A DNA stretch of 63,974 nt, counting the filler, from Octopus bimaculoides (lineage: Eukaryota): the NCBI RefSeq assembly GCF_001194135.2. It is 9 parts of 8 records of this genome, joined end to end, with 100 filler letters (N's around TTAATTAATTAA, not from the genome) between each part and the next. Parts side by side here need not be neighbours in the genome. Positions count along the whole stretch, not along the records: positions 22,035 to 39,430 come from NC_068982.1; 8 more parts are not named here. The stretch is one strand, 5' to 3'. Below the pieces are notes generated by a model. It had not been told where the DNA came from. It saw only the letters and a list, made by a program, of their open reading frames with translations, and made no database searches. Shown here piece after piece: positions 24,521 through 36,950 of this stretch. Both the position numbers and the translations under genes were made by a program. Each line of letters opens with the position of its first letter. Position 1 is the first letter of the stretch.

Positions 24521-25099
24521 TAATATCTATCTGTCTGTCTGTCTGTCTATTACAGTATGTATTTGAAAGATACGTATGTGCTTTAAGGAGGTATTCTTTT
24601 TCTTATTTCTTTGTTACTTCACTTTGATAAAAGATTTTCCCAAAACGTTAATCTTTTTCATTTTCGACCGACATTCACCGTGTACAACTTTTTATGGTAT
24701 TTTTTTTTTTTGTGTGTGTTTACATTTTGTTCACCACCTTTCGAATCTTCGTCTACCTATTGTAATCTCTCATGCTGTCCCATTCCATTTGCATTNNNNN
24801 NNNNNNNNNNNNNNNNNNNNNNNNNNNNNNNNNNNNNNNNNNNNNNNNNNNNNNNNNNNNNNNNNNNNNNNNNNNNNNNNNNNNNNNNNNNNNNNNNNNN
24901 NNNNNNNNNNNNNNNATATATATATAGGGTCTTGCCATAAATAATGCGGTTGTTTCAATTGCATGAACTAAAAGTCGGAGGGAGACTGGATAAACTACCT
25001 GCACCAACTTGCTATAAAAGCAGGTAGTAATTTTACCGTGTTAGTGCAAGTTTTGAAGAGTGCAGTTCGATTTTAACAGTTATTTTTTTCAAAGCTTTA

Positions 25100-26222
25100 A
25101 TGGAAGTGATAAAGGAGCATATTCGGCATATTTTGCTTTATGAGTTTAATAAAGGCAGCAGTGCAACAAAAAGTGCAAGGAATATTAATGCAGTATATGA
25201 GGATCAGACAATAAACATAAGCCAGTGTCGACGGGGGTTCTAGAAATTCCGAGCCAGAAACTACAGCCTAGAAGATGAGCCTCGTCCTGGAAGATCTGTA
25301 GAGGTCGACGAGGACGTCCTACAAACCCTTGACTGACAACCTTCGTCAACAAAGACCATTCTCCTCCCATTCTTGCTGCAGTCCTCCACCAACTACTTAT
25401 ATGTACTTCTTTTCCTCTACTTAACTCCGATAGAATTCCACTCTGGTGCAACAAAATCGCCTCGTAACTGTTGAGGAATTAGCAGAGAAGCTTGGATTTA
25501 GTCATTCAACCATTCATCGACACCTGCGTGCCGTCGGAAAAGTCAGCAAATTGGATCAATGGTTTGCTCACAATTTTCTGAGTCTAATCACGCGCAGAGA
25601 GTGAGTGTGTGCTCTTTGCTGTCACGTCTCACGAATGAACCTTTTTGGACCGAATAGTGACTGGGGATGAAAAATGGGTTCTCTATAAAAATGTCAAGCG
25701 CCGAAGACAGTGAGTAAGAAAAGGAGAAACACAGGCACTCCAGGCTAAAAAGGTCTTCACCCACGTAAGGCGTTGTTATCTGTTTGGTGGGATATGAAAA
25801 GTTCAGTCCACTTCGAACTTTTAAAACCGAACCAAACGATAACAAAGGAGATCTACTGCGAGCAACTTGAGCGGCTTAAGTCAGCACTAGAAGAAAAACG
25901 ACCATCTTTGGTTTGAAGATGAAAGGTGTTCTTCCATCAGGATAGTGCGAGGATGACATTCCAAAGACTGGGGCAGTTTGAATGGGAAACGATGCTCCAC
26001 TAACCATATTCAGTGGACATTGCCCCGTCTGATTATCATTTATTCCGCCGTCTTCAAAGTCATTTGGATGGAAAAAATAGGAATTCTGTAGACGAGGTCA
26101 GAACAGTACTGGAGGAGTATTTTTCGTCATGGACAAGTGAATTTTGGAAGAGGGGCCTTGTAAGTCTACCAGATACATGGAAGAGCATTGTAGAAAATGA
26201 AGAAGAGTATATTTTAGATTAA
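25100..26222 (+). pseudogene. Mariner transposase with stops, frameshifts and a 113-bp insertion
   Basis: IRHILLYEFNKG, SLEDEPRPGR, IVTGDEKWVLY, LSVWWDMK, FHQDSAR, YSVDIAPSDYHLF. Confidence 0.9.
25330..25442 (-). mobile_element. Internal Hero fragment inserted in the mariner transposase
   Basis: Similar to 23521-23648; splits the codons VLQT|LVQQN. Confidence 0.7.
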
Positions 26223-26451
26223 AAAAAGAATTTTGTTTATCGTAATTTTGAAAAATAAAAGAGGTATAAAAAAATCCACATTTATGGGATGACCCAATAT
26301 ATACCGACCCCAATACTCAGGGTCCCCCCCCTTTAAGTCTAGTACGTATTCTATCGGCTACTTTGCCGAACCGCTAAGTTACGGGGACATAAACAAACCA
26401 ACGCTAATTGTCAGGCGGTGGGGGCAAATGCAGATACAATGTCGCTATCTT

Positions 26452-26485
<34 letters not shown>

Positions 26486-28289
26486 AAATAGGAGAAAAGA
26501 AATGGGTATAATTTACTATTCCGTTATTTCCATTGTTGTTATGTGTACAAGAGACGGTGGGAGTTTAACATGTTTGATATTATGAGCCGAACCTGTGTGG
26601 CTTAATTGTCGCACGTGGTGCGCATGCAATCATACCAACGAGTTTCCACACAGTTTCCGCCTACCAAATTCACTTACAAGGCATTGTTCNNNNNNNNNNN
26701 NNNNNNNNNNNNNNNNNNNNNNNNNNNNNNNNNNNNNNNNNNNNNNNNNNNNNNNNNNNNNNNNNNNNNNNNNNNNNNNNNNNNNNNNNNNNNNNNNNNN
26801 NNNNNNNNNNNNNNNNNNNNNNNNNNNNNNNNNNNNNNNNNNNNNNNNNNNNNNNNNNNNNNNNNNNNNNNNNNNNNNNNNNNNNNNNNNNNNNNNNNNN
26901 NNNNNNNNNNNNNNNNNNNNNNNNNNNNNNNNNNNNNNNNNNNNNNNNNNNNNNNNNNNNNNNNNNNNNNNNNNNNNNNNNNNNNNNNNNNNNNNNNNNN
27001 NNNNNNNNNNNNNNNNNNNNNNNNNNNNNNNNNNNNNNNNNNNNNNNNNNNNNNNNNNNNNNNNNNNNNNNNNNNNNNNNNNNNNNNNNNNNNNNNNNNN
27101 NNNNNNNNNNNNNNNNNNNNNNNNNNNNNNNNNNNNNNNNNNNNNNNNNNNNNNNNNNNNNNNNNNNNNNNNNNNNNNNNNNNNNNNNNNNNNNNTATAT
27201 ATATATATATATAAAACAAACCAGAACCTTTGCCACAAACGAACAATATGTAGAGGGGCGTATTTATGTCATGTCTGAAAGGAATATCTTCTAATACAAT
27301 TTTGCATCTTAGTTAACTTCTAGTTAAAACTTCACCACTCAATACTTCTGTCAAATCCACGTAATGTATTCTCCATTTCTCACTGAAGTTTATTTCCTTA
27401 CTATAACAATCCTTAGTTAAACGCCTTAAGCTTTGGGCATTGCTTTAGTATGATTATGTCACTCGTGAATTGAAAGCCTTACTCTAAACTACATACATTC
27501 TACTAGTCATCTCTACTGTAGTCTGTCCCGACTCGTCTTTTACATATGATCCTTTTGTTGTTTTCTATGAAAAAGATGGCAGGATCCAAAATTGTTGTCC
27601 TTGAATATATGTGTGTGTATAGATACAATACTTATAGATAAAGAAAGAAGATAAACCTTATGAAGAAAACGTTGTAAAAGTGACCAACGATATTTAGTTT
27701 GTAAAAGCTTGGAAGTTGTGGGACAGTTGACTTCTCAACTGCTCGAGCCCTTTTACTCTAAGCTGAGAGTCACAGTTTCGCTGGAGTGTTGGAACTTATT
27801 GAGTGAATGGTTGCTGATACAGACTTATCAGAATCGTTAGTGCTTCGAACAGGCTGCTTTCTTGCAGTATCTGTTCAGGCTTTCAGCGCTCTTAAGTGCA
27901 AATCCCGTCGAGGTCCACTTCACCTGTCATATTTTTAGGGTCGATAAATAACGTTCCAGTTAGTTCGGTGCACAATTCATCTTTCCCCCCTTCACTCTCA
28001 TAACTGACATCGCTGCGACTCTGAGAGAGTCGTTGGAAATCACTGTGATGTCAGAAACGTTTGGAGAACTAGCAATTGACTCTCTAAAGAATTTAGAAGC
28101 CCCCTATCAACTAAGGGTAACCGTTGTGTTCTAGGTGGCTTAGATTCACTCTTAGTTGACTGTGTTGTATTCGTCAATGAGTTTAAATGCAAGGACTGCA
28201 TACTGGAGCTTCAACGCCACTATTGTTTCTCTGCTGAAGACCTGCATAGACAGCTGGGCTACTAACACGAGTGCAACAATCCAACACTG

Positions 28290-28625
28290 TAATTGATTCT
28301 CAATTACAAGGTTTCAGATTGAGTCCCACTACCTCGCGCTTTGATCAAGTGTCTTCAACTATAATCCTGTGTTGATCAAAGCCTTGTGAATGGATTTAGT
28401 GGGAAGAAACTTAAACAAGCCCGGCGTGTGCATGTGTGTGTGTGCCTCCTTGGCTTGACATTGCATGATAGTTGTAGAGTGTCAATGTCTTTCCATTGAG
28501 ATTTTACCTTGTTGGGAAAACAGGCGAAGGTTACTAACAGGAAGGACATCCAGGCGTATAAAATTTGCGTCAACGAATTCCGTTTGACCCATACAAACAT
28601 GGAAAAGTGAACGTTAAAACGATGG
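28290..28625 (+). mobile_element. SINE family A-like copy
   Basis: ggtttcagattgagtcccacta..caagtgtcttcaactata..aaagccttgtgaatggattt; GAT tail. Confidence 0.6.
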
Positions 28626-29045
28626 TGATGATGATGGTATAGCTGATTGAATTGATCTGTATATTTAGTGCTAATTAATCAACCTCTTCTTAATAAAGGG
28701 CAAAGGTGATTCCAGTAATATTGAGCACGAGACAGTCGAAACTAACTTTAATCAGGACGGCCCTGATTGAACAGACATATAAATAATGTCCTCCTCTAGC
28801 TGTGACCATCTTGTAGTTGAATTTTCTATCTTTCTTTTTTCTTTTATCCAAACAAATCTATCTAGTACTACATTATTCAATGGGCCTTGCTCCACTCACT
28901 TTTCTTTTCAACGGGTCTGGGATTTGATAGTGATCTGACATCTATCTCTAGCAGTCGAGCAGCTACATAGTGAGAGCCCCCACCCCGTAAGACAATGCTC
29001 CGAAATATTTTCTACATCATACGCACACACACACACACACACACA

Positions 29046-29490
29046 ATTCCAAGATGCATCTCACGGTTCCTCTGGGATGCATCATCAGTGATGTTTCGGT
29101 GGGGTGGGGTGGGATCTTATTGGGTTTCGGGTTTTTCGACATCAGACACCTCCATCCTTCACCAAATCCCCTAGCCGGGGTTGATCAAATCCCAGCTTGC
29201 ATCCCAATAGCAGCAAACCCCTGGTCTACCTTTTTTTTTTCACCCAAAGCCACCTAATGGCCTTCTCTGCAGCTTCAGTAATGGAATTAATGGTCTTCCT
29301 CGTTGCTATGACTAACTCTTAAGCCCATTCAGAGCTTTGCAGAATGAACACCCAATATACCTGCCAGCTCTAGTTTCTGCATTGTTCTACCAACAGCTGG
29401 TATTTGGCAAGCTTCTTCCAGTGAGCCTTCTCCAGATTTATTGAGGAAGTTCCAGGTAAGGTGATTTGAATCCACCTCCATACACGTCAC
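29046..29490 (-). mobile_element. Hero-type non-LTR retrotransposon 3' end (RLE C-terminus and 3' UTR)
   Basis: EKAHWKKLAKYQLLVEQCR ... RKTINSITEAAEKAIRWLWVKK; 3' UTR gatcaaccccggct..ggtgtctgatgtcgaaaaacccgaaac..acatcactgatgatg; abuts (CA)n. Confidence 0.7.
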
Positions 29491-30138
29491 CAATATTTTG
29501 ATAAAATAGACCCCGTGGTGGGGTAAATGGATAGAGACGTCAAAGGTAAAATGAACGCTATAGTTATTGAAAGACCGTCGTTAACGTTTCTAAGATAGCT
29601 TTTTGACACGGTTTTCATTTTTATCGCTGGATGTAATGTCCCTTTGGCGTCAACGACTCAAATATTTTGTTAAAATCTGCAAAGCTCTGTATTGTTGATA
29701 TTTTTCTCTGGTGTGCTACCAGTTTTTGACCTGGTAAATAAAATCACACGTCTTTAAAAAAAAATAATACATATACCACAATATTAACAACGATGGTGAT
29801 GTTGCTGCTTACTGCTGGAGGTGGGGATGGGAAGTGTTAAACCTCAGACAAATCGTATTTTCCAACCTACATTTATTATTCAGTGAATTACTTTAGCGAA
29901 ATCTTGCTTTCCTTATTCTTGGTTGTGATTATTTATTTATTTAGAATAGTAACGTTATCACCGCTTCTGCCTTCCACCCTTGATTGCACGTGCTTGTATA
30001 TTCCTCTTCTTTTCAGTGTCTATATAACAGTTTTTCCTCTCTTTCTCACCTGTTATATGCGAGTATGTGTGTATACACACACACGATATATGTAAGCATG
30101 TATATGTATATATGTACGTGCATACAAATGTGTATATC

Positions 30139-30180
<42 letters not shown>

Positions 30181-30719
30181 CCCACACACTGTTGTGAAAC
30201 CCAAGGCCAACTCTAATCCGGCCGACCTATGACCAAAGACCATCTTGCCATGTTAGAGATATGTAGGACTGCCTGCATTATCTAATGTGTTCTGTCTTTG
30301 CAACACCGTTACGAGAGATCTGGCTGCTGTTTCTAGCAGATAGAGCGATTAGGATACACAGCGTAAAGGATACACGCACAAACGTTTTTATGTAGTTATT
30401 TTTAAAAACAATCACATAATTAAAGTGAAGGATAACTAAACAATTCCGTTGAATACCATATTTATTTTTACTAGGAAAGTGTTGACAGAGACTTCGAAGT
30501 GCGTGAGTGTGTGTGTTTTCGTCCTTCTCTAGAATACCAATGTGTTTACACGATCAAAATAACAATCTAATTGACAACACGTGAAGATGTAAACATCTCG
30601 TCATCGTAGTAAAAATTCTTTCTATATTTTCTGCTTTACGTTTTACTGCAAGAATCGTATGGAGAGCAACATGACACCTGTTATTATTCACTGGAATGAG
30701 AGTGGTTGTTTTTAATTAG

Positions 30720-30871
30720 GCAAGAAGGAGGAGAAGATGGAATATCATTCTGTCAGTTCATACTTTTTACTATTTCCCCCATATTATGTGTGCGTGTGGC
30801 GTTCCTATACAATGGAGTCGGATATTATCTGGTACGCCCAAAACTGTTTATCTCTTTGGAACTGTATGGTT
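30720..30871 (+). other. Candidate plus-strand exon of an unidentified gene
   Basis: tttttaattag| acceptor, |gtaagt donor (a second gtaagt at 30943); open in two frames (QEGGEDGISFCQFILF... or MEYHSVSSYF...). Confidence 0.3.
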
Positions 30872-31409
30872 GTAAGTATCATAGATTACGAATCTGAAAA
30901 AAGGAAAAAAAAAATCGTGATGGTGGGGAGGGCTGCTTTTCCGTAAGTTTTTCAAAAAATTGTCGATTTCCCACCTAAATTGTGTTTTAAATATCTGAGA
31001 TTGTGATCCTTTGAAATTATTCACAACGTAAAACCGAAAAATGTTTTAAAAAAAAAAAAAAAAACACAAAACTGAAAGTTTACTGCAAAGGAAGGGTTGT
31101 AACAATCCTTATATTTATCAACTTTTCAAATTTGTTGTCTATGGTGCTTAAAATATAGTCTGAAGAAATTACAGCATTTGGTACACTTGATAATTTCCGA
31201 CTCTATTCTACAGGAATACCATATGTATATATGTGTGTGTGTGTTTGCGTAGACACGCACATATATGTACATATGTATATAATTAGAGGTGTCAATTTCA
31301 TTTTTTATCAACGTTACCTAACAACATAGTTGAGTTTCAGTCAGTCACAGTTACTCAGACTAAAACAATTATTTTGGTTATTGTATAACCAGGCAATATT
31401 TTGTTCGAG

Positions 31410-33000
31410 TAAGGTGGGGTGAGATGGCAGAATCGCTAACATGCCAGGCAAAATGCATAGTGGTATTTCATCCATCTTTACGTTCTGAGTTCAAATACTG
31501 CTGAGGTCGATAGAATAAGCACCAGTTCAGTACTGGGGTGGATGTGATCGACTTACCCCCTCCCTTGAACCTGCTGGCCTTGTGCCAAAATGTAAAACCA
31601 ATATTTAGGTAGAGTCCATTACATTCTGAGTTCAAACCCTACCAGGGTAGATTTTTACCTTTCATCTATTCAGGGACGCTAAAATAAAGTATCTGTAGAT
31701 AATTTGATTTCCAACCTTGTGCCTATCTTAGAAATAATAATAATCCTTTCTACTATAGGCACAAGACCTGAAATTTTGAGGGAAGGAGATAATTGATTAC
31801 GTCAACCCCAGTACTCAGCTGGTACTTAATTTATTGACCCTGAAAGGATGAAAGGCAAAGTCGACCTCAGTGGAATTTGAACTCAGAATGTGCAGACAGA
31901 CTAAATGCCACTAAGTATTTTGCCTGGTGTGGTAACGATTCTGCCAGCTCGCCACCTTAATAATAATAATCCTTTCTACTATTGGCACAAGGCCTGAAAT
32001 TTGAGGGGAGAGGACAAGTTGATTACATCAACCCCAGTGCATAACTGGTACTTATTTCATCGACCTTGGTGAAATTTGAACTCAAAATGTAAAGACAGAC
32101 AAAATGTTGCTAAGCATTTCGCCCTGCATGCTAATGATTCTGCCAACTCACCACCTTAGAAATGATAACAACAAGAGCACTCAGAGAGCAGAAACCTCCA
32201 CCAAGGCAACACCAACATCCTCTCAACGATTAGCCAGAGATGATTTTTAAAATGAGAATATCTGAAATAAACTCAACTGCTCTCACAAACAAGAATGCTA
32301 AAAATGAACCCGACCACTCTCAAAAATTAAGTAAACAAACAGGAAACACAATCCAGAATCCTTGTCCGGTACTGGATCAATCCCAAAATCTAATCAGTTC
32401 ATGCTAGTCATTAGGCCAAACATCCCTGAAAGTTTCATCCGAATCCATCCAGCAATTCTTGAGATATCTCCTCCATGGACAAACAAACAAACATGACTGA
32501 AAACAATACCTCTTCCTTCGCTAAGGCGGAAGTAATAATAATATTAATAATCCTTTCTACAATAAGCACAAGGCTTGAAATTTGAGGGGAGGGGACAAAT
32601 TGATTACATTGACCCCAATGTATAACTGTTATTTATTTCATCGACCCTGAAAGGAAAAATTGACCTTTGTGGAATTTGAACTCAGAACATAAGGATGAAT
32701 AAAATGCTGTTAAGCATTTTGCCTGGTGTGCTAACAATTCTGCAAGGTCACGATGTTAACAATAATAATTGTAATAATAAAATAATAACCCTTTGTACTA
32801 TAGGCACAAGGTCTGAAATTTTGTGGGAGAGTGGTAGCTACTTATTGACACCAGTGCTCAACTGGTATATGTATTTCATCAATCCCAAAAGGAGGAAAAG
32901 CAAAGCCAACCTTGACAGAATTTGAATTCAAAAGATGGATGAAATGCCACTAAATATTTTGTCTGGCTTGGTAACAATTCTACCAGCTCACTGCCTTACA
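31410..33000. mobile_element. Cluster of about six SINE family B copies (two +, four -)
   Basis: Repeated cctttctactataggcacaag..gaaatt / gaatttgaactcagaa units separated by (TAA)n. Confidence 0.8.
32172..32535 (-). mobile_element. Helentron-associated non-autonomous element (HINE/DINE-1-like)
   Basis: Minus strand starts ttacttccgccttagcgaagg..gtttgtttgtttgtcc..gatggattcggatgaaactt and ends gccttggtggaggtttctgctctctgagtgctcttgt (subterminal inverted repeats). Confidence 0.55.
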
Positions 33001-33004
33001 TATA

Positions 33005-33470
33005 ATAAGAATTATTATTATTTGGCATTTGGTAGTTTCAGGCAGATTTCTACTGCATCACCTGCTACACTTCTGTGTTGCTGAGATGTGCTGAGCACTG
33101 TGTGTTCTTTTTTGTTGTTAGGGGAGTACAACTTCTTCCCAGTATCATATTGCATGTGTTTATTTTGTTATGGGGTTTGGTTGCAGTTTTTTGTGTGTTG
33201 TGTGTATAATGCAAGTTGTGTTCTTCTGTTGGGTATCTGGCCTGTAGAGTACATGTTGTGGAGATGGTTTATTTTATTAGATATTTACTGTATAGAGTGT
33301 GTCTTTTATTTGTGGATTGTTTTATTTGAGTTGTTCTATTGAATTGATAGTGTCTTGCATAAGGATGTGGGCTGTTCCTAGCTGGGCTATTTTTGGGGTA
33401 CTGTGTAGTGTTGTGTGTCCAGGTATAGCTTCTACATTTTTGTTCATACATTTTAATATCATACCAATGT
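33005..33470 (-). mobile_element. Dong/R4-type non-LTR retrotransposon 3' fragment, degenerate
   Basis: LGMILK..VEAIPG..KIAQLGTAHIL resembles 59550-59774; (AAT)n tail. Confidence 0.55.
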
Positions 33471-34319
33471 TCCAGTATGGCCGCAGTCAAATGACTAAAA
33501 CAAGTAAAGGAATATATATATATGTATATTTGTGTGTGTGTGTATTCATGTCTTGTTGTCTTGACATCATGTGTTATTCATTTCCAATATTCCAATATTC
33601 TGCAAGAACATGTTTGGCTAAGGGAAAATATTACTTTGCTTGGAAACAGGTATGGGTTGATGACTGGAGGAAGATCATCAAGCTGTAGACAATCAAGCTC
33701 AATGAACACCATCCAACTCATGCAAGCATGGAAAAGTAGACATTAAAAGGATGTTGATTACACGTCAGTCTTGGTCGAAAAGTACAACCACTAGAGGAAT
33801 TGAACTCGAAATGCAAAAAGACAAGTCTAAGTACCGCAAATGGTCTTGTTCCACATTTTACTGTCTGAAGCTCTGTTGTACTTTTTATAGTAGCATATCA
33901 CCTGTGGTGTGTGTGTGTGGGTGGGTGGGTGTGTGTCTGCGTGCATACACAGGTGTGTGAGTGAGTGAGTATTGTGTTTATATGTCCCTGGCGCCATATG
34001 TTTTCAAGGTATAATGTTAATAACAACATACAGTCACGTTTATTATGTAATAGTCCTATTACTTGGCAAACTTGTCTAACCCCCTCCTCCTAATGCTGCT
34101 GCTGTTGTGATTTAACTTCTATTTTTAGTCACTACCTCTACTTTTCTCAGTGTAAATCTCATGATAACCTTTTACTTTCTGAACACATTTCATTGCCAAT
34201 GTCTTTTTTTTTTTTTTTTGATTACACATTGCTGTCAGTAGTTGTAGTATTGGCAACAGTAGAGGTTGTGTAGTGGCTATGGTTGTGGTAGTTTTTTTAG
34301 CCCATGGTTGGTTCTAATT

Positions 34320-34750
34320 AAACAGCCTTATGATCAAAGGCATTTCGGATGTGACCATCCTGTTTTTTTCTGAGGAGGGAACCTCAAACCACACATCCAA
34401 CATATTCTTTTCTAAGACAGGATGAAATCTGAGTACATTAGCTACTATTTCTAGTAGGTCAAGCCACCATGTAGAGGCTTCTTTGTTGCTCTGCATAGAG
34501 ATGGTGGTTGTGGTGATAGTAGTAGTAGTAGTAGTAGGAGTAGTAGTAGTTTCATTGCAAGTCAATCCCTATTGGGATTGACTTATGATCAAAGGGAATT
34601 CCAGCCATGACCATCCAAAGTTTTTTCTGTGTACAGAAAATCCAGGACCATTTTAACTAATGCATGTCTTTTTTAAGACAGTAGATTTGTGATTTGAGGG
34701 ACATTTGGCTGCTGTTTCTAGCAAGTCAAGCAAACAAATACAGGCTCATG
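34320..34750 (+). repeat. Two copies of an unclassified short repeat family (related pieces at about 8230-8420, 28760-28970 and 30230-30350)
   Basis: Shared tatgatcaaaggcatt..tgaccatc..tttctagcaggtc segments. Confidence 0.5.
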
Positions 34751-35184
34751 CTTAATAGTGATTGTGGTATAACATGTAAATCTCAATATCCTTTCTGAGC
34801 CATCTTTGTCTTTCTCTCTCACATTATGTCCACTCCATACCAGTATTTTTCAACCCACACCTCCAACTTTGTTTATTACTCCCTACATTCACCTCTACCC
34901 CCATTTCCACCCATCATTTACTCTCCATCACTTTGTATCTTGAGCTGTACCACATCTATCTTCTTTCCAGCTACTCTCACCCACCCTTATGTAATGTAGT
35001 GTTGGCATGTATCTCCTGTATAGCAAAACACCTGAGCCTTATCCCTCCGTCATACTTCTTAGCCTCAACACCTGGCATACAACCATCTCCCCCTCACTCT
35101 CAATATCCCCCTCCACTTAGTTGTGGGGACTTTTTCCTGTTCTTTCTTGCAAGTTACTTGATAACCTCACTAGTGTTCTTTTTT

Positions 35185-35570
35185 AATCTAGACACAAGGC
35201 CTGAAATTTGGGGTGAGGGGACCAGTTGATTAGATCGACCCAGTACACAACTGGTACTTAATTTATCGACCCCGAAAGGATGAAAGGCAAAGTCGACCTC
35301 GATGGAGTTTGAACTCAGAACATAAAGACAGATGAAATACCGCTAAGCATTTTGCCCAGCATGCTAATGCTTCTGCCGGCTCACTAGTGTTAATGTCACA
35401 AGAAAAGCACCAGTACACATTATAAAGGGTTGGCATTAGGAAGGGTATCCAGTCATAGAAACATGCTAAATTGACATTAAAGCTCAGTGCAGCCCTGCAG
35501 CTTGCCAGATCCTGTCAGACTGTCCACTTTCCATGCCAGTATGGAAAGTGGACATTAAATGATGATGATA
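35185..35570. mobile_element. SINE family B (-; 35185-35385) and family C (+; 35400-35570)
   Basis: Same diagnostic cores as the other copies. Confidence 0.7.
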
Positions 35571-36105
35571 ATGATGTAATATTTATTTGTATGTCCCAGA
35601 AACTAACCAAAAAGATTTATGTTGCACAGATGCAGAAGAATGAAAGAAAGTGAGAGAAAAAGACTAAGTTACATCTATACATACCTACATGAAACTTATG
35701 GACATATATAGATGTGTATACAGATATGTATAAATGTTCAGGTAATAAGTACTTTACATTGTAAAGTACTCTGTCCACATTGTAAAGTGATTGGCATTTG
35801 GAAGCACATCCAGCCTTGTATGCACCTATATACATATATGTATGACAAACTTGTATCAGTTTTCATCTACTGAATTCACTTGCCAGGTTTTGTCATCCTA
35901 GAGGCATAGTGGAAGACACTTGCTCAAGGTGTTGCGCAGTGAGACTGAACTCAAAACTGCATGATTTCAGACCCAACTTCTTAACCATGTAACTATGCCT
36001 GTACCTAACATTATGCAAATTTCTTCGGCCATAAATATATTCTACTCTTTTTTTTTTTTGTATAAGTCTAAGACCCTTGGCTACTAGAGATAAAATCAGA
36101 AAATT

Positions 36106-36150
36106 GTTGTACTGATGAAGGCTATTTTGCCAGAAACATGTGTCCACGAC
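36106..36150 (+). ncRNA. Minimal type I hammerhead ribozyme, slightly degenerate
   Basis: GTTGT-A-CTGATGA-A-GGC-tatttt-GCC-A-GAAAC-ATGT-GTC-C-ACGAC. Stem I 36106-36110 pairs with 36146-36150; ACATGT is palindromic; predicted cleavage after C36144. Confidence 0.65.
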
Positions 36151-36184
36151 TGTCCTCTTCTTTTCAGATAATAAACCCATCCTT

Positions 36185-36950
36185 TTTCATGTCAACTTTG
36201 GAGAATACTTGAATCTTGAGATTATCTTCCCTTTTGAATTGGAGTTTATCTTAATTGCTATTTGGTAATTACGATACATCTCCTGGACACAGATAATTTT
36301 TATAAATCAAAAATTTATGTTGTATAACATCTGATATACCTGTAGTTGTCTATATATGCACGCACACATATATACACATACATTCATAAACATTGAATTG
36401 ACACACATACACAAAATGAATTGTCGTACAGTTTGTTTATAAACCTCATTTATTATGCGCATACTTGTCCTATTTACATCTTTATTTATATCTTATTTCT
36501 AGGTTGGATTATCATATCATAATATCACGCCTATGTTTACTTGCCAGTATTAGGCAGCTGGCCAATTTTTGCAAGTATAGTGTATGACATAACATTTGTT
36601 CAAATTATTTCTCATGCACAGCTCTTGTGTCCCTGCAGGGTTTTGTGGTATTCAGAATATGACATTGTATTCTTTCTGTCAATTCACCTGCCTCCATATT
36701 TCCCTCCATCTATATTAATAATGTATTTATTGTTGTTTGAGAAATTCTATAGTTCTTGACAACTGAAGATTCTTTCGTTGTTTTGATATCTGATTGTATC
36801 ATGGAATTTCTTCAAATATCTGTTTTCTTGTTTCTTTCTTTCCATGTTGCTTCAAAAAAAACAATTTATATAAGAAATAGAACTGTATTTGATGTGAATC
36901 CAACTCTTGTTATATTACATATTGTCCTCATCATTGTTTAACTCTTTAGC
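36185..36950 (-). mobile_element. Highly decayed Penelope-like element C-terminal region (tentative)
   Basis: Frameshifted patches SKQRKNLQL, TNV.SYTI/CKN and KRE...RFKYSPKLT* resemble PLE linker, GIY-YIG and C-terminal motifs; adjacent to the hammerhead. Confidence 0.35.

Larger units (their letters stand above)
24925..26297 (+). mobile_element. Mariner (DD34D) DNA transposon, decayed, near full length
   Basis: Imperfect TIRs TAGGGTCTTGCCATAAAT and ATTTATGGGATGACCCAA, TA-flanked. Confidence 0.9.

Noticed and set aside
29110-29150. CTGATG...GAAAC and CTGATGA motifs in the Hero 3' UTR (minus strand)
   Set aside because: The first lacks A9 and a cleavage triplet with stem I; the second is not followed by GAAA. 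No hammerhead fold.
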